From NCBI GenBank assembly GCA_965214095.1, contig OZ243938.1, positions 206,482 to 270,481 of the forward strand: a stretch of 64,000 bases of DNA. Reading direction: 5' to 3'. The notes under the pieces are model-generated. The model was given only the letters and a program-made list of their open reading frames with translations. It did not search any database and was not told where the DNA came from. Position numbers and translations under genes: made by a program. The DNA is from Candidatus Poribacteria bacterium (GTDB lineage Bacteria; Poribacteria; WGA-4E; WGA-3G). Positions 39,882-48,207 of the stretch are shown here, piece after piece (positions within the stretch are counted from its first letter, which is position 1; each line of letters begins with the position of its first letter).

Positions 39882-40384
39882 ACCTTATAGTACCAGGTAA
39901 GGGTGCATTTGGCGTAAAATTAGGGGATCCGTTCAAGAAAGTTGAAGCAATTCATGGAGATGCGGATGGTCCTATTGGAGTAGTTCGGATCTTTACATAT
40001 TGGGAGGATCCTGACATAGGTTTTTCAGGTTTTGTTGATGGCATCGGTCTTGTAGACAGTTTATTTTTGGACCGTCCAAATAAAGCCAAGACAACTGGGG
40101 GTAATGGAATTGGAAGTGCACTTGAAAATGTTGAAAGAGAATTTGCGGATGCACAGGAAATTGACGAAGATGAATTTGGTGGAATTAGACATTGGTACTG
40201 GAAAAGAGGAATTGAATTTACTGTAGATGAGGATGAGAAAGTAGAAAGTATATATGTCTTTAAACCGATTGCAGGAGCACCAGCAGCTGTTGGAATTCAA
40301 GACCAACAGAACCGTGATGCCGAGAAAAACGATGCAATGGAACTTCAACGTCGCAGAATACAGCAATCATCATCAAAGAATTGA
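39863..40384 (+). CDS. Hypothetical protein; possible frameshifted continuation of 39450-39881
   Basis: GTG start inside the previous ORF. This frame is open from 39836 and encodes DGEIDTVPDPPLNL. Confidence 0.4.
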   Translation: MPDPPLNLIVPGKGAFGVKLGDPFKKVEAIHGDADGPIGVVRIFTYWEDPDIGFSGFVDGIGLVDSLFLDRPNKAKTTGGNGIGSALENVEREFADAQEIDEDEFGGIRHWYWKRGIEFTVDEDEKVESIYVFKPIAGAPAAVGIQDQQNRDAEKNDAMELQRRRIQQSSSKN

Positions 40385-40436
40385 TTGAATGTGCTAACAC
40401 AACTGCAATGAATTTTATTGATTCCAAACCAATCTA

Positions 40437-41288
40437 TTATATGAATCGATTTTTGTGCGGACTTGTATTCCATTGTCTTTGCCATTCCTTCCATGATGTC
40501 GGACATTGTTTATTGTCCTTTTCTCGGACAGGACAGGCAATCGCCTCATGCCAAAGTCCATCTAACGATGTACCTGTGCGGCTATAGCGAAAGTCAACAG
40601 ACCAACGTATCGTCCCACTAATGTTCAGCAAAGAGCGGTGAAACACAAGATTGTTGAAAATCAGGAGATCACCTTTATTCATCTCTAATGTGTCAATGTC
40701 AATATTTGATGAAGTGGGAGAGATAACCGGTACAGCAAATGCCTCACCTTCAACGCGATGGTAGGATTTTAGTCCTTCTTTATGGCTTTTTGGCAAAAAT
40801 TGCAATGCACCGTTTTCGGTTTTCACATCGACTAATGGAAGCCATACTGTAAGGTGCATATCGTGTTCAGTGTGTGGCATGTAGGCACTGTCTTGGTGCC
40901 ACGGGAGGGTCGTAAGTTTTTCATTGGGTAATTTTGGACGCACCCAAAAATCACCGTTGAATTGAATCTCATTTCCAATCAGTGTTTCAATTATATCCAA
41001 CACTTTTCGGTTTGTTATCAGGTTGAAAAGTGCTTCACTATATACAAACGTATGCCACCCGAATACCTCGTTTTCTTTGCCACAATCCTGAAGAACAGCA
41101 TACCATCGTTTATCAAACGGCATATCTTCATATACGGTTGTGATGGTTCCAGTACTATACTTTTCACGTGTGCGTTTGTCAACAACTTCATCAATGATAT
41201 TGACTAATGGATCCAAATCTTCTGAGTTCAGTGCAGCAGGCACAACAAGATAACCATTCTCGACGAATATGTCTAAATGTGATTTCAT
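40437..41288 (-). CDS. PhyH-family dioxygenase
   Basis: LPWHQDSAY...H pattern. Confidence 0.7.
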   Translation of the reverse strand: MKSHLDIFVENGYLVVPAALNSEDLDPLVNIIDEVVDKRTREKYSTGTITTVYEDMPFDKRWYAVLQDCGKENEVFGWHTFVYSEALFNLITNRKVLDIIETLIGNEIQFNGDFWVRPKLPNEKLTTLPWHQDSAYMPHTEHDMHLTVWLPLVDVKTENGALQFLPKSHKEGLKSYHRVEGEAFAVPVISPTSSNIDIDTLEMNKGDLLIFNNLVFHRSLLNISGTIRWSVDFRYSRTGTSLDGLWHEAIACPVREKDNKQCPTSWKEWQRQWNTSPHKNRFI

Positions 41289-41449
41289 ATATTAGTAATG
41301 AGTCTTTATGCTGCTCCAAGTAGTTGTGAGTTTGCCACTCGGCTTGACTGACAATGGATCCATAGAATCTTCAATCGATATCACATCGTTCCAAAGGACA
41401 ACTACATCAACAACACCGGCATAGAAGTTCTGACCATTTCTATAAGTAT

Positions 41450-41477
41450 CCATAGCCAAATAAGCAATTGGCTATGG
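41450..41477 (-). terminator. 11-bp perfect inverted repeat ccatagccaat / attggctatgg downstream of paralog 1
   Basis: Read directly. Weak U-tract. Confidence 0.3.
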
Positions 41478-41488
41478 ACTCATACTTG

Positions 41489-42526
41489 TTATAGACGTTC
41501 CCTCAACATATCCATGAGACCGTCAGGTGGATCAAATGGTAGTTCTACTACTTCGTTTGTAATTCCACTATAATATATGCCGAGTAGTAGATTGAATTCA
41601 GCCAACGATTGTTTTAGGTGTGTTGGATGTTCATTCTTTTCATCGTCTAGCCAATCAAAGACTGCATTCGTGAGATTACCTTGTGCCATAACATCTTGCT
41701 CTCCATAGCTGAGTGGTCCACCTTCATAACCTCCATCTCTTGTGGATCGTTCCCAACTACTAAATCGCCAATGAACATAGCCATCTTCACCGATTACAAA
41801 GACTCGTTTGTGGAAGAAAACCGTCTGATCATCGGATGCAGAAGGTGCGATTGCTGTGCCAAACGCAACTGAGACATGTATTCCGTTTTCATATTGAACA
41901 CGAGCGGCAGCGAATTGCGGTGATGGTTGCGCAGAATCTAAATGTGCTCCACCTGATATTTGTCCCAATACGCGTACCGGACGAGAGTTATCAATGTAAG
42001 ATGACACTAACTGAAGGACATGTGGACCTTGATCAACAGGTGTGCTCCGTGCACTTGCATCTATAAACTTGATTTCACCGATTTTTCCATCTGCGACATC
42101 TTTCTTTAGTTCCAAGTTTTGTGGGTGAAAGTTCAATTGGGTATTCACAACAAATTTGGTTGTTGTCTCTTCTGCCAAACCGGCGATCTGTTTCCAGTCT
42201 TCACTTTCAACAGCAATAGGTTTCTCAACGATTGCAGCTGGAACGCCATGGTCGGATGCTTGTTTCATGAGCGGATAACGGATACGTTCATTAGATCCGC
42301 GAAGAACTGGCGCGGTGACAATGTGGAGAACATCAGGTTTTTCTTTTTCAAGCATCTCATCTAAATCCGTGTAGCGAGATGAGATATTGAAATCGTCTCC
42401 AAATCGGTTGAGTAGTTCTTTGTTCATATCACAGACGGCAGCAAGTTTGCCACCTTTTACAAAACGGTATGCATCTGCATGTGCACGTGCACGACCTCCA
42501 CAACCTAATATCGCTGTCTTATACAT
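41489..42526 (-). CDS. Gfo/Idh/MocA-family oxidoreductase, tandem paralog 1 (variable loop TAIAPSASDDQTVFF)
   Basis: MYKTAILGCGGRARAHA Rossmann fold, EKP motif, VDQGPH. TAAGGAGAT SD. Confidence 0.75.
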   Translation of the reverse strand: MYKTAILGCGGRARAHADAYRFVKGGKLAAVCDMNKELLNRFGDDFNISSRYTDLDEMLEKEKPDVLHIVTAPVLRGSNERIRYPLMKQASDHGVPAAIVEKPIAVESEDWKQIAGLAEETTTKFVVNTQLNFHPQNLELKKDVADGKIGEIKFIDASARSTPVDQGPHVLQLVSSYIDNSRPVRVLGQISGGAHLDSAQPSPQFAAARVQYENGIHVSVAFGTAIAPSASDDQTVFFHKRVFVIGEDGYVHWRFSSWERSTRDGGYEGGPLSYGEQDVMAQGNLTNAVFDWLDDEKNEHPTHLKQSLAEFNLLLGIYYSGITNEVVELPFDPPDGLMDMLRERL

Positions 42527-42584
42527 TGATTATCTCCTTAAACTATTTATAAAGGGTTATGTGTTGTTTGAACTATAATAATTA

Positions 42585-42616
42585 ACGGCAGTTGTGTATA
42601 TATACTCAACTGCCGT
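42585..42616 (-). terminator. 10-bp inverted repeat acggcagttg / caactgccgt between paralogs 2 and 1
   Basis: Read directly. Confidence 0.3.
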
Positions 42617-42648
42617 ATAAACTATCAATTGCGTAGCAACAAGAGATA

Positions 42649-43686
42649 TTATAGATGTTCCTTCAGTGAAGCCATTAATCCATCCGGCGGATCAAATGGT
42701 AGGTCAATTATCTCATTGGTTATTCCACTGTAGTAAATGCCTAATAGCAAATTGAATTCTGCCAGTGATTGTTTGAGATGTGTTGGATGCTCTTTCTTCT
42801 CATCATCAAGCCAGTCAAATGCAGCCTCAGTGAGATTCCCTTGTGCTTGAATGTCCTGCTCACCGTAGTTGAGGGGTCCGCCTTCGTAGCCGCCATCATG
42901 AGTTGAACGTTCCCAACTGCTGAACCGCCAATGCACAAAACCTTTTGTACCAACAACGAAAACGCGTTTGTGAGCAACAGTACTACCACTGTCGGATGCC
43001 AACGTCCCCATACCCGTGCCAAACGCAAGAGAGACATGTAGACCATTGTCATAAATTGCCTGTCCTGCAGCATGCATCGGAGAGGGTTGTGCGGAATCTA
43101 ACTGCTCTCTCCCCGCAATTTGTCCTAACACTCTTGTCGGACGTGAGTTGTCAATATATGATGATACCAACTGCAATACATGCGGTGCTTGATCAACAGG
43201 GGTGCTGCGTGCACTTGCATCAATAAACTTGATCTCACCGATTTTCCCATCTGCAACATCTCGTTTCAGTTCAAGGTTTCTGGGGTGAAAGTTAAGCTGT
43301 GTGTTGACAATAAACTTCGTATTCGTTTCATCTGCCAATCCCGCAATCTGTTTCCAGTCTTCACTTTCAACGGCAATCGGTTTTTCAACGATTGCAGCAG
43401 GAACATTATGATCTGATGCTTGCTTCATCAATGGATAACGAATTCGTTGATTGGTTCCACGTAAAACTGGTGCGGTGACAATGTGAAGCAGGTCTGGTTT
43501 CTCTTTCTCAAGCATTTCATCAAAATCTGTGTAGCGAGAAGAGACATCAAAATCATCTCCGAACTTATTGAGTAACTCTTCGTTCATATCGCATATAGCA
43601 CCGATTTTACCGCCTTTTACAAAACGGTATGCACTTGCATGTGCACGTGCCCGACCACCACAACCTAAAAATGCACTTTTATACAT
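42649..43686 (-). CDS. Gfo/Idh/MocA paralog 2 (variable loop TGMGTLASDSGSTVA)
   Basis: Start trimmed to MYKSAF (AAGGAGAAATTCT-ATG). Otherwise collinear with paralog 1. Confidence 0.75.
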   Translation of the reverse strand: MYKSAFLGCGGRARAHASAYRFVKGGKIGAICDMNEELLNKFGDDFDVSSRYTDFDEMLEKEKPDLLHIVTAPVLRGTNQRIRYPLMKQASDHNVPAAIVEKPIAVESEDWKQIAGLADETNTKFIVNTQLNFHPRNLELKRDVADGKIGEIKFIDASARSTPVDQAPHVLQLVSSYIDNSRPTRVLGQIAGREQLDSAQPSPMHAAGQAIYDNGLHVSLAFGTGMGTLASDSGSTVAHKRVFVVGTKGFVHWRFSSWERSTHDGGYEGGPLNYGEQDIQAQGNLTEAAFDWLDDEKKEHPTHLKQSLAEFNLLLGIYYSGITNEIIDLPFDPPDGLMASLKEHL

Positions 43687-43812
43687 AGAATTTCTCCTTC
43701 TATAGTTTAATACCATGTGTAGTGAAATGTGTCTACACATATATGTGATAGATAGCGGTAGCGCGAGTATCTCTACTACTACCACTAAACCAATATGTTT
43801 GGTTTATTCATT

Positions 43813-44856
43813 CTACAACTTTTCTCTAAGTAAATCAATTAATCCATCAGGAGGTTCAAATGGGAGATCAACAACTTCATTCGTAACGCCGCTATAATAG
43901 ATCCCTAAGAGCAGATTGAATTCAGCGAGGGATTGCTTGAGATGTGTGGGATGCTGGTTCTTTTCATCATCTAACCAATCAAAAACAGCTTCTGTTAAGT
44001 TTCCTTGTGCTTGCACATCTTGTTCCCCATAATCAAGCGGACCATTCTCGTAACCACCATCATGCGTTGACCGTTCCCAACTACTAAATCGCCAATGCAC
44101 AAAACCTTTCGTCCCAACAACAAAAACGCGTTTGTGCGTATGATTACCCCCATCAGGTTCTCTCGGAACTTTCTGACCAACACTTGCACCAAATGCAAGT
44201 GAAACATGTAATCCGTTCTCGTATATAACTTGTGCAGCAGCGTGCATTGGAGAGGGTTGGGTGGAGTCCAAATCCTGAGCACCAGAAACCTGTCCGAGTA
44301 CTCTTACAGGACGAGAGTTGTCAATATACGATGACACGAGTTGTAGGACATGCGGTGCTTGGTCTACGGGTGTGCTTCTGGCACTTGCATCAATAAACTT
44401 GATATCTCCGATTTTACCTTCCGACACATCTCTCTTTAATTCTAAGTTCTTTGGATGAAAATTGAGTTGTGTATTGACAACAAACTTCGTTTGAGTTTCT
44501 TCTGCTAAACCTGCAAGCTGCTTCCAGTCTTCGCTTTCTACAGCAATCGGTTTCTCAACGATTGCAGCAGGTACACCGTGGTCAGATGCTTGTTTCATCA
44601 GAGGATAACGGATACGTTGATTTGTACCACGCAATACTGGTGCGGTGACAATATGGAGCAGATCAGGTTTCTCCTTATCCATCATTTCGTCTAAATCTGT
44701 ATAGCGCGAAGAAATATCAAGATCATCACCGAATCGATTTAGCAGTTCTTCATTCATGTCGCAGATGGCAGCTATCCTACCACCTTTAACGAAACGGTAT
44801 GCATCTGCATGAGCACGTGCACGACCACCACACCCTAAAAACGCACTTTTATACAT
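43813..44856 (-). CDS. Gfo/Idh/MocA paralog 3 (variable loop ASVGQKVPREPDGGNHT)
   Basis: Start at MYKSAF, preceded by GGGAG. Confidence 0.75.
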   Translation of the reverse strand: MYKSAFLGCGGRARAHADAYRFVKGGRIAAICDMNEELLNRFGDDLDISSRYTDLDEMMDKEKPDLLHIVTAPVLRGTNQRIRYPLMKQASDHGVPAAIVEKPIAVESEDWKQLAGLAEETQTKFVVNTQLNFHPKNLELKRDVSEGKIGDIKFIDASARSTPVDQAPHVLQLVSSYIDNSRPVRVLGQVSGAQDLDSTQPSPMHAAAQVIYENGLHVSLAFGASVGQKVPREPDGGNHTHKRVFVVGTKGFVHWRFSSWERSTHDGGYENGPLDYGEQDVQAQGNLTEAVFDWLDDEKNQHPTHLKQSLAEFNLLLGIYYSGVTNEVVDLPFEPPDGLIDLLREKL

Positions 44857-44963
44857 AGAAAAGACTCCCATCATGTTTTGTGATTTTTAAATTCAATGAT
44901 GATGTTACGGTATGTTCTGAATTTCATACACCTTATTTCGGTGAGGTTAGGAATCCTAACCGA

Positions 44964-45869
44964 TTATTCTGAGTATTCATCCAATATTTTTCTGAAGTCG
45001 TCAAGATTTTCAACAACAATTGCAGCACGATGCAAATTCTCAAGGATTTCCAGGTCCTCAATCTTTTCCAGTACAGACTTGAATGAATGTTCAGTATCGA
45101 TTTCTAATCGTAGTGAAAGTATTTCAAGAATGAGTTTTCGCGTTGTTTCCTGAGCACCTTGCTGTAAACCTTGCTGTTTTCCCTGTTCACGTGCTTGAGG
45201 TGCTACGTATTCTACAATTGGAGGCTGTTGCATGGTCTCCTCTCCTATGATATTGATAATAGTTTGTGAGTCGTGAACTAAATTCCCCAAAATTACAAGA
45301 CTTCCAAGATATTCCGTTTTGTTCCGAACATCCAAACTGTCTGCTGTCTGAATACACTTCCTAAGCCATTCCTCATCATTAATCTCTGGATCGTGTTTCA
45401 TGAGCGGTGTGAATGGTATTAAACCTACATTTTTCTGATCTAGTATCTGTTGTCCATCAACTTCACTTAAACGGAAGACTTGATATTCAATGAATATGTT
45501 GTGATTTTCCAGATTTTATTCAAATATTCCAGGATCGTTTCTCCCTGCATTAGGACCTAAGTAAATGACATTGGAATATACTGGAAGACGATGGATTTCT
45601 ATTGATCTGATAATATAGCCTGCCATCCTTAGTGGCATCTCTGGATCATAACTATCAGTAGTTTGAAACTCAAAATGAATCAGAATTTCTCTACCGTCAT
45701 GTAGTGCCTTAATAAGAGTATCTGCTTGATGCATTTCCACTTTAGGTTGTTCAGGTATAATTACCTCCAGAACATTGATGTCTGTTGTATCAAATTTAAA
45801 GCATAAGTCTACGAAATCTTGAGGATTTGTTTCAACCTGTTTTTTAGATGCAGTGTCAAAACTCGCCAT
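44964..45869 (-). pseudogene. Rpn/YhgA-like (PD-(D/E)XK, transposase_31 family) recombination-promoting nuclease, interrupted by a single in-frame TAA at 45516-45518
   Basis: ORFs 45516-45869 (…ILIHFEFQTTDSYDPEMPLRMAGYI…) and 44964-45401 (Gln/Gly-rich QGKQQGLQQGAQE then a DUF4351-like tail) share one frame. The 114 nt between them are open. Combined length ~301 codons. Confidence 0.5.
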
Positions 45870-45953
45870 CTTTCTCCTATCTCTATGATGTATATTATTT
45901 GAAATTATATCATGTGTATGTTTTATTTTCCAATTTTGGATATATTTGTCAGT

Positions 45954-46991
45954 TTACAATTTTTCTCTAAGTAAATCAATCAGTCCATCTGGTGGATTGA
46001 AAGGTAAATCTATAATCTGATTGGTGATGCCGCTATAGTACATTCCCAATAATAAATTAAACTCAGCAAGTGATTGTTTTAGGTGTGTTGGATGAACTTT
46101 GTTTTCATCGTCCAACCAATCAAATACTGCATCCGTAAGATTTCCTTGTGCCTGGACATCCTGCTCGGGGTAACTAAGATGACCTGATTCATAACCAGTG
46201 ATTTGTGTTGAGCGTTCCCAACTGCTGAACCGCCAATGCACAAAACCTTTTGTACCTACAACAAACACACGTTTATGTCTGAAATTCGCAGGTCTATCGG
46301 AAACTTTTGCACCCATTTCTGTGCCAAAAGCAACGGAGACGTGAAGACCATTTTCATACAGAACATGTGCTGCTGCGTGCAAAGGTGATGGTTCATCTGA
46401 ATCTAAACGATCTCCTCCTGAGATCTGTCCAAGTACACTCACAGGTCGAGCGTTATCAATATATGATGATACCAATTGAATTACATGAGGTCCTTGGTTT
46501 ACAGCGGTATTGCGAGCACTTGCATCAATGAATCTAATCTCACCAATTTTGCCATCTGCAACATCTTGCTTTAGTTCAATGTTTTTCGGATGGAAGTTCA
46601 GTTGTGTGTTGACAACAAATTTTGTATGAGTGACTTCTGCTAATCCGGCAATCTGATTCCAGTCACCGCTATCAACAGCAATCGGTTTTTCAACAATTGC
46701 AGCAGGGACTCCGTGGTCAGATACCTGTTTCATCAGAGGATAACGGATATATTGATTAGTGCCGCGTAATAGTGGAGCAGTGACAATATGAAGAAGATCA
46801 GGTTTTTCTCTTTCAAGCATCTCATCTAAATCGGTATAGCGTGCAGAGATATCAAAGCGATCACCAAAATCGTTCAGACGTTCTTCGTTCATATCGCAGA
46901 TGGCTGCGAGTTTACCATGTTTAACAAAACGATAAGCACCAGCATGTCCACGTGCCCGACCACCACACCCCAATATGGCACTCTTATACAT
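45954..46991 (-). CDS. Gfo/Idh/MocA paralog 4 (variable loop TEMGAKVSDRPANFR). DxxxH is NxxxH here.
   Basis: Collinear with the other paralogs. Reads VNQGPH where they read VDQ[GA]PH. Confidence 0.75.
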   Translation of the reverse strand: MYKSAILGCGGRARGHAGAYRFVKHGKLAAICDMNEERLNDFGDRFDISARYTDLDEMLEREKPDLLHIVTAPLLRGTNQYIRYPLMKQVSDHGVPAAIVEKPIAVDSGDWNQIAGLAEVTHTKFVVNTQLNFHPKNIELKQDVADGKIGEIRFIDASARNTAVNQGPHVIQLVSSYIDNARPVSVLGQISGGDRLDSDEPSPLHAAAHVLYENGLHVSVAFGTEMGAKVSDRPANFRHKRVFVVGTKGFVHWRFSSWERSTQITGYESGHLSYPEQDVQAQGNLTDAVFDWLDDENKVHPTHLKQSLAEFNLLLGMYYSGITNQIIDLPFNPPDGLIDLLREKL

Positions 46992-47038
46992 AGATGTGTC
47001 TCCTAATCATTCTATTCTGGACGTACATATAAATAATA

Positions 47039-47089
47039 ATTAGCGGTAGGTGTAAACAAACTCACTGCTACCGCTAATTCTTTTTTATT
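47039..47089 (+). terminator. 11-bp inverted repeat attagcggtag / ctaccgctaat followed by TCTTTTTTATT on the plus strand and preceded by an A-tract. Possible bidirectional terminator between paralogs 5 and 4.
   Basis: Hairpin plus T6 read directly. Flanking genes are minus-strand. Confidence 0.35.
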
Positions 47090-47106
47090 AGAAATCAAAA
47101 ATCGTT

Positions 47107-48144
47107 CTACAATTGCTCCCTGAGAGAATCAAATATATTATCAGGCGGATCAAAAGGTAAATCTATCATATTCTTCGTAATACCACTTTGATAAATACCT
47201 AAGAGTAGATTGAATTCTGCAAGTGATTGTTTGAGATGTGTTGGATGTACATTCTTCTCATCATCAAGCCAATCAAAGACGGCTTCAGTAAGGTTGCCTT
47301 GTGCCTCAACATCTTGTTCACCATAGTTGAGAGGACCACCCTCATATCCACCATCGTGTGTTGAACGTTCCCAACTACTAAAACGCCAATGCACAAACCC
47401 TTCTGTGCCGACTACAAAAACACGTTTATGACAATAAATTCCCTGATTATCAGATGCCATAGTACCCATTCCTTGTCCAAATGCGACAGAAACGTGTAAT
47501 CCATTTTCATATAAAACCTGTGCGGCAGCGTGCATTGGAGAAGGTTGAGCAGAATCTAAATGATCTCTCCCTGCGATTTGACCTAAGACACGCGTCGGAC
47601 GAGAATTATCAATATATGATGATACTAACTGTAACACATGTGGACCTTGATCTACAGGAGTGCTTCGTGCACTTGCATCTATAAACTTAATGTCTCCAAT
47701 CTTACCATCTGCAACATCGCGTTTTAGTTCAAGGTTCTTGGGATGAAAGTTGAGTTGTGTGTTGACGACAAACTTTGTATTCGTTTCTTCTGCCAATCCA
47801 GCGATCTGCTTCCAATCATCGCTTTCAACAGCAATCGGTTTCTCTACAATTGCTGCCGGCACTCCGTGGTCAGAAGCTTGCTTCATCAGAGAGTATCGTA
47901 TTCTTTCATTTGAACCGCGTAAAACGGGTGCGGTGACAATGTGTAGTAGATCCGGTTTCTCTTTATTGAGCATTTCATCCAAATCCGTGTATCTTGAAGA
48001 GATTTCAAATCTATCACCGTAGGCATTGAGTCGTTCCTCGTTCATATCACAGACGGCTGCAAGTTTTCCATTCTTAACAAAGCGATAGGCACTTGCGTGA
48101 CCACCTGCACGTCCGCCGCACCCTAACATCGCACTTTTATACAT
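47107..48144 (-). CDS. Gfo/Idh/MocA paralog 5 (variable loop QGMGTMASDNQGIYC)
   Basis: AAGGAGA SD. Collinear with the other paralogs. Confidence 0.75.
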   Translation of the reverse strand: MYKSAMLGCGGRAGGHASAYRFVKNGKLAAVCDMNEERLNAYGDRFEISSRYTDLDEMLNKEKPDLLHIVTAPVLRGSNERIRYSLMKQASDHGVPAAIVEKPIAVESDDWKQIAGLAEETNTKFVVNTQLNFHPKNLELKRDVADGKIGDIKFIDASARSTPVDQGPHVLQLVSSYIDNSRPTRVLGQIAGRDHLDSAQPSPMHAAAQVLYENGLHVSVAFGQGMGTMASDNQGIYCHKRVFVVGTEGFVHWRFSSWERSTHDGGYEGGPLNYGEQDVEAQGNLTEAVFDWLDDEKNVHPTHLKQSLAEFNLLLGIYQSGITKNMIDLPFDPPDNIFDSLREQL

Positions 48145-48207
48145 ATAATGTCTCCTTAGTTAGTCTATGTGAATATTGGAATAGATTATCAGATAGAGGT
48201 GATTTTG

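Noticed and set aside
42649-43785. 33-residue N-terminal extension (MVVVEIL…) of paralog 2 and 6-residue extension of paralog 3
   Set aside because: All five paralogs align from MYK[ST]A. Internal Mets are preceded by AAGGAG/GGGAG SDs, and the extensions are not conserved.
45516-45518. TAA reassignment or an alternative genetic code explaining the in-frame stop in the Rpn-like gene
   Set aside because: TAA, TAG and TGA all terminate other genes here at expected lengths, and no other conserved gene carries an in-frame stop.
41489-48144. Diversity-generating retroelement as the source of the hypervariable loop
   Set aside because: No reverse transcriptase gene or template-repeat copy of the variable segment is present in or near the array. 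The divergence looks like ordinary paralog evolution concentrated in one loop.
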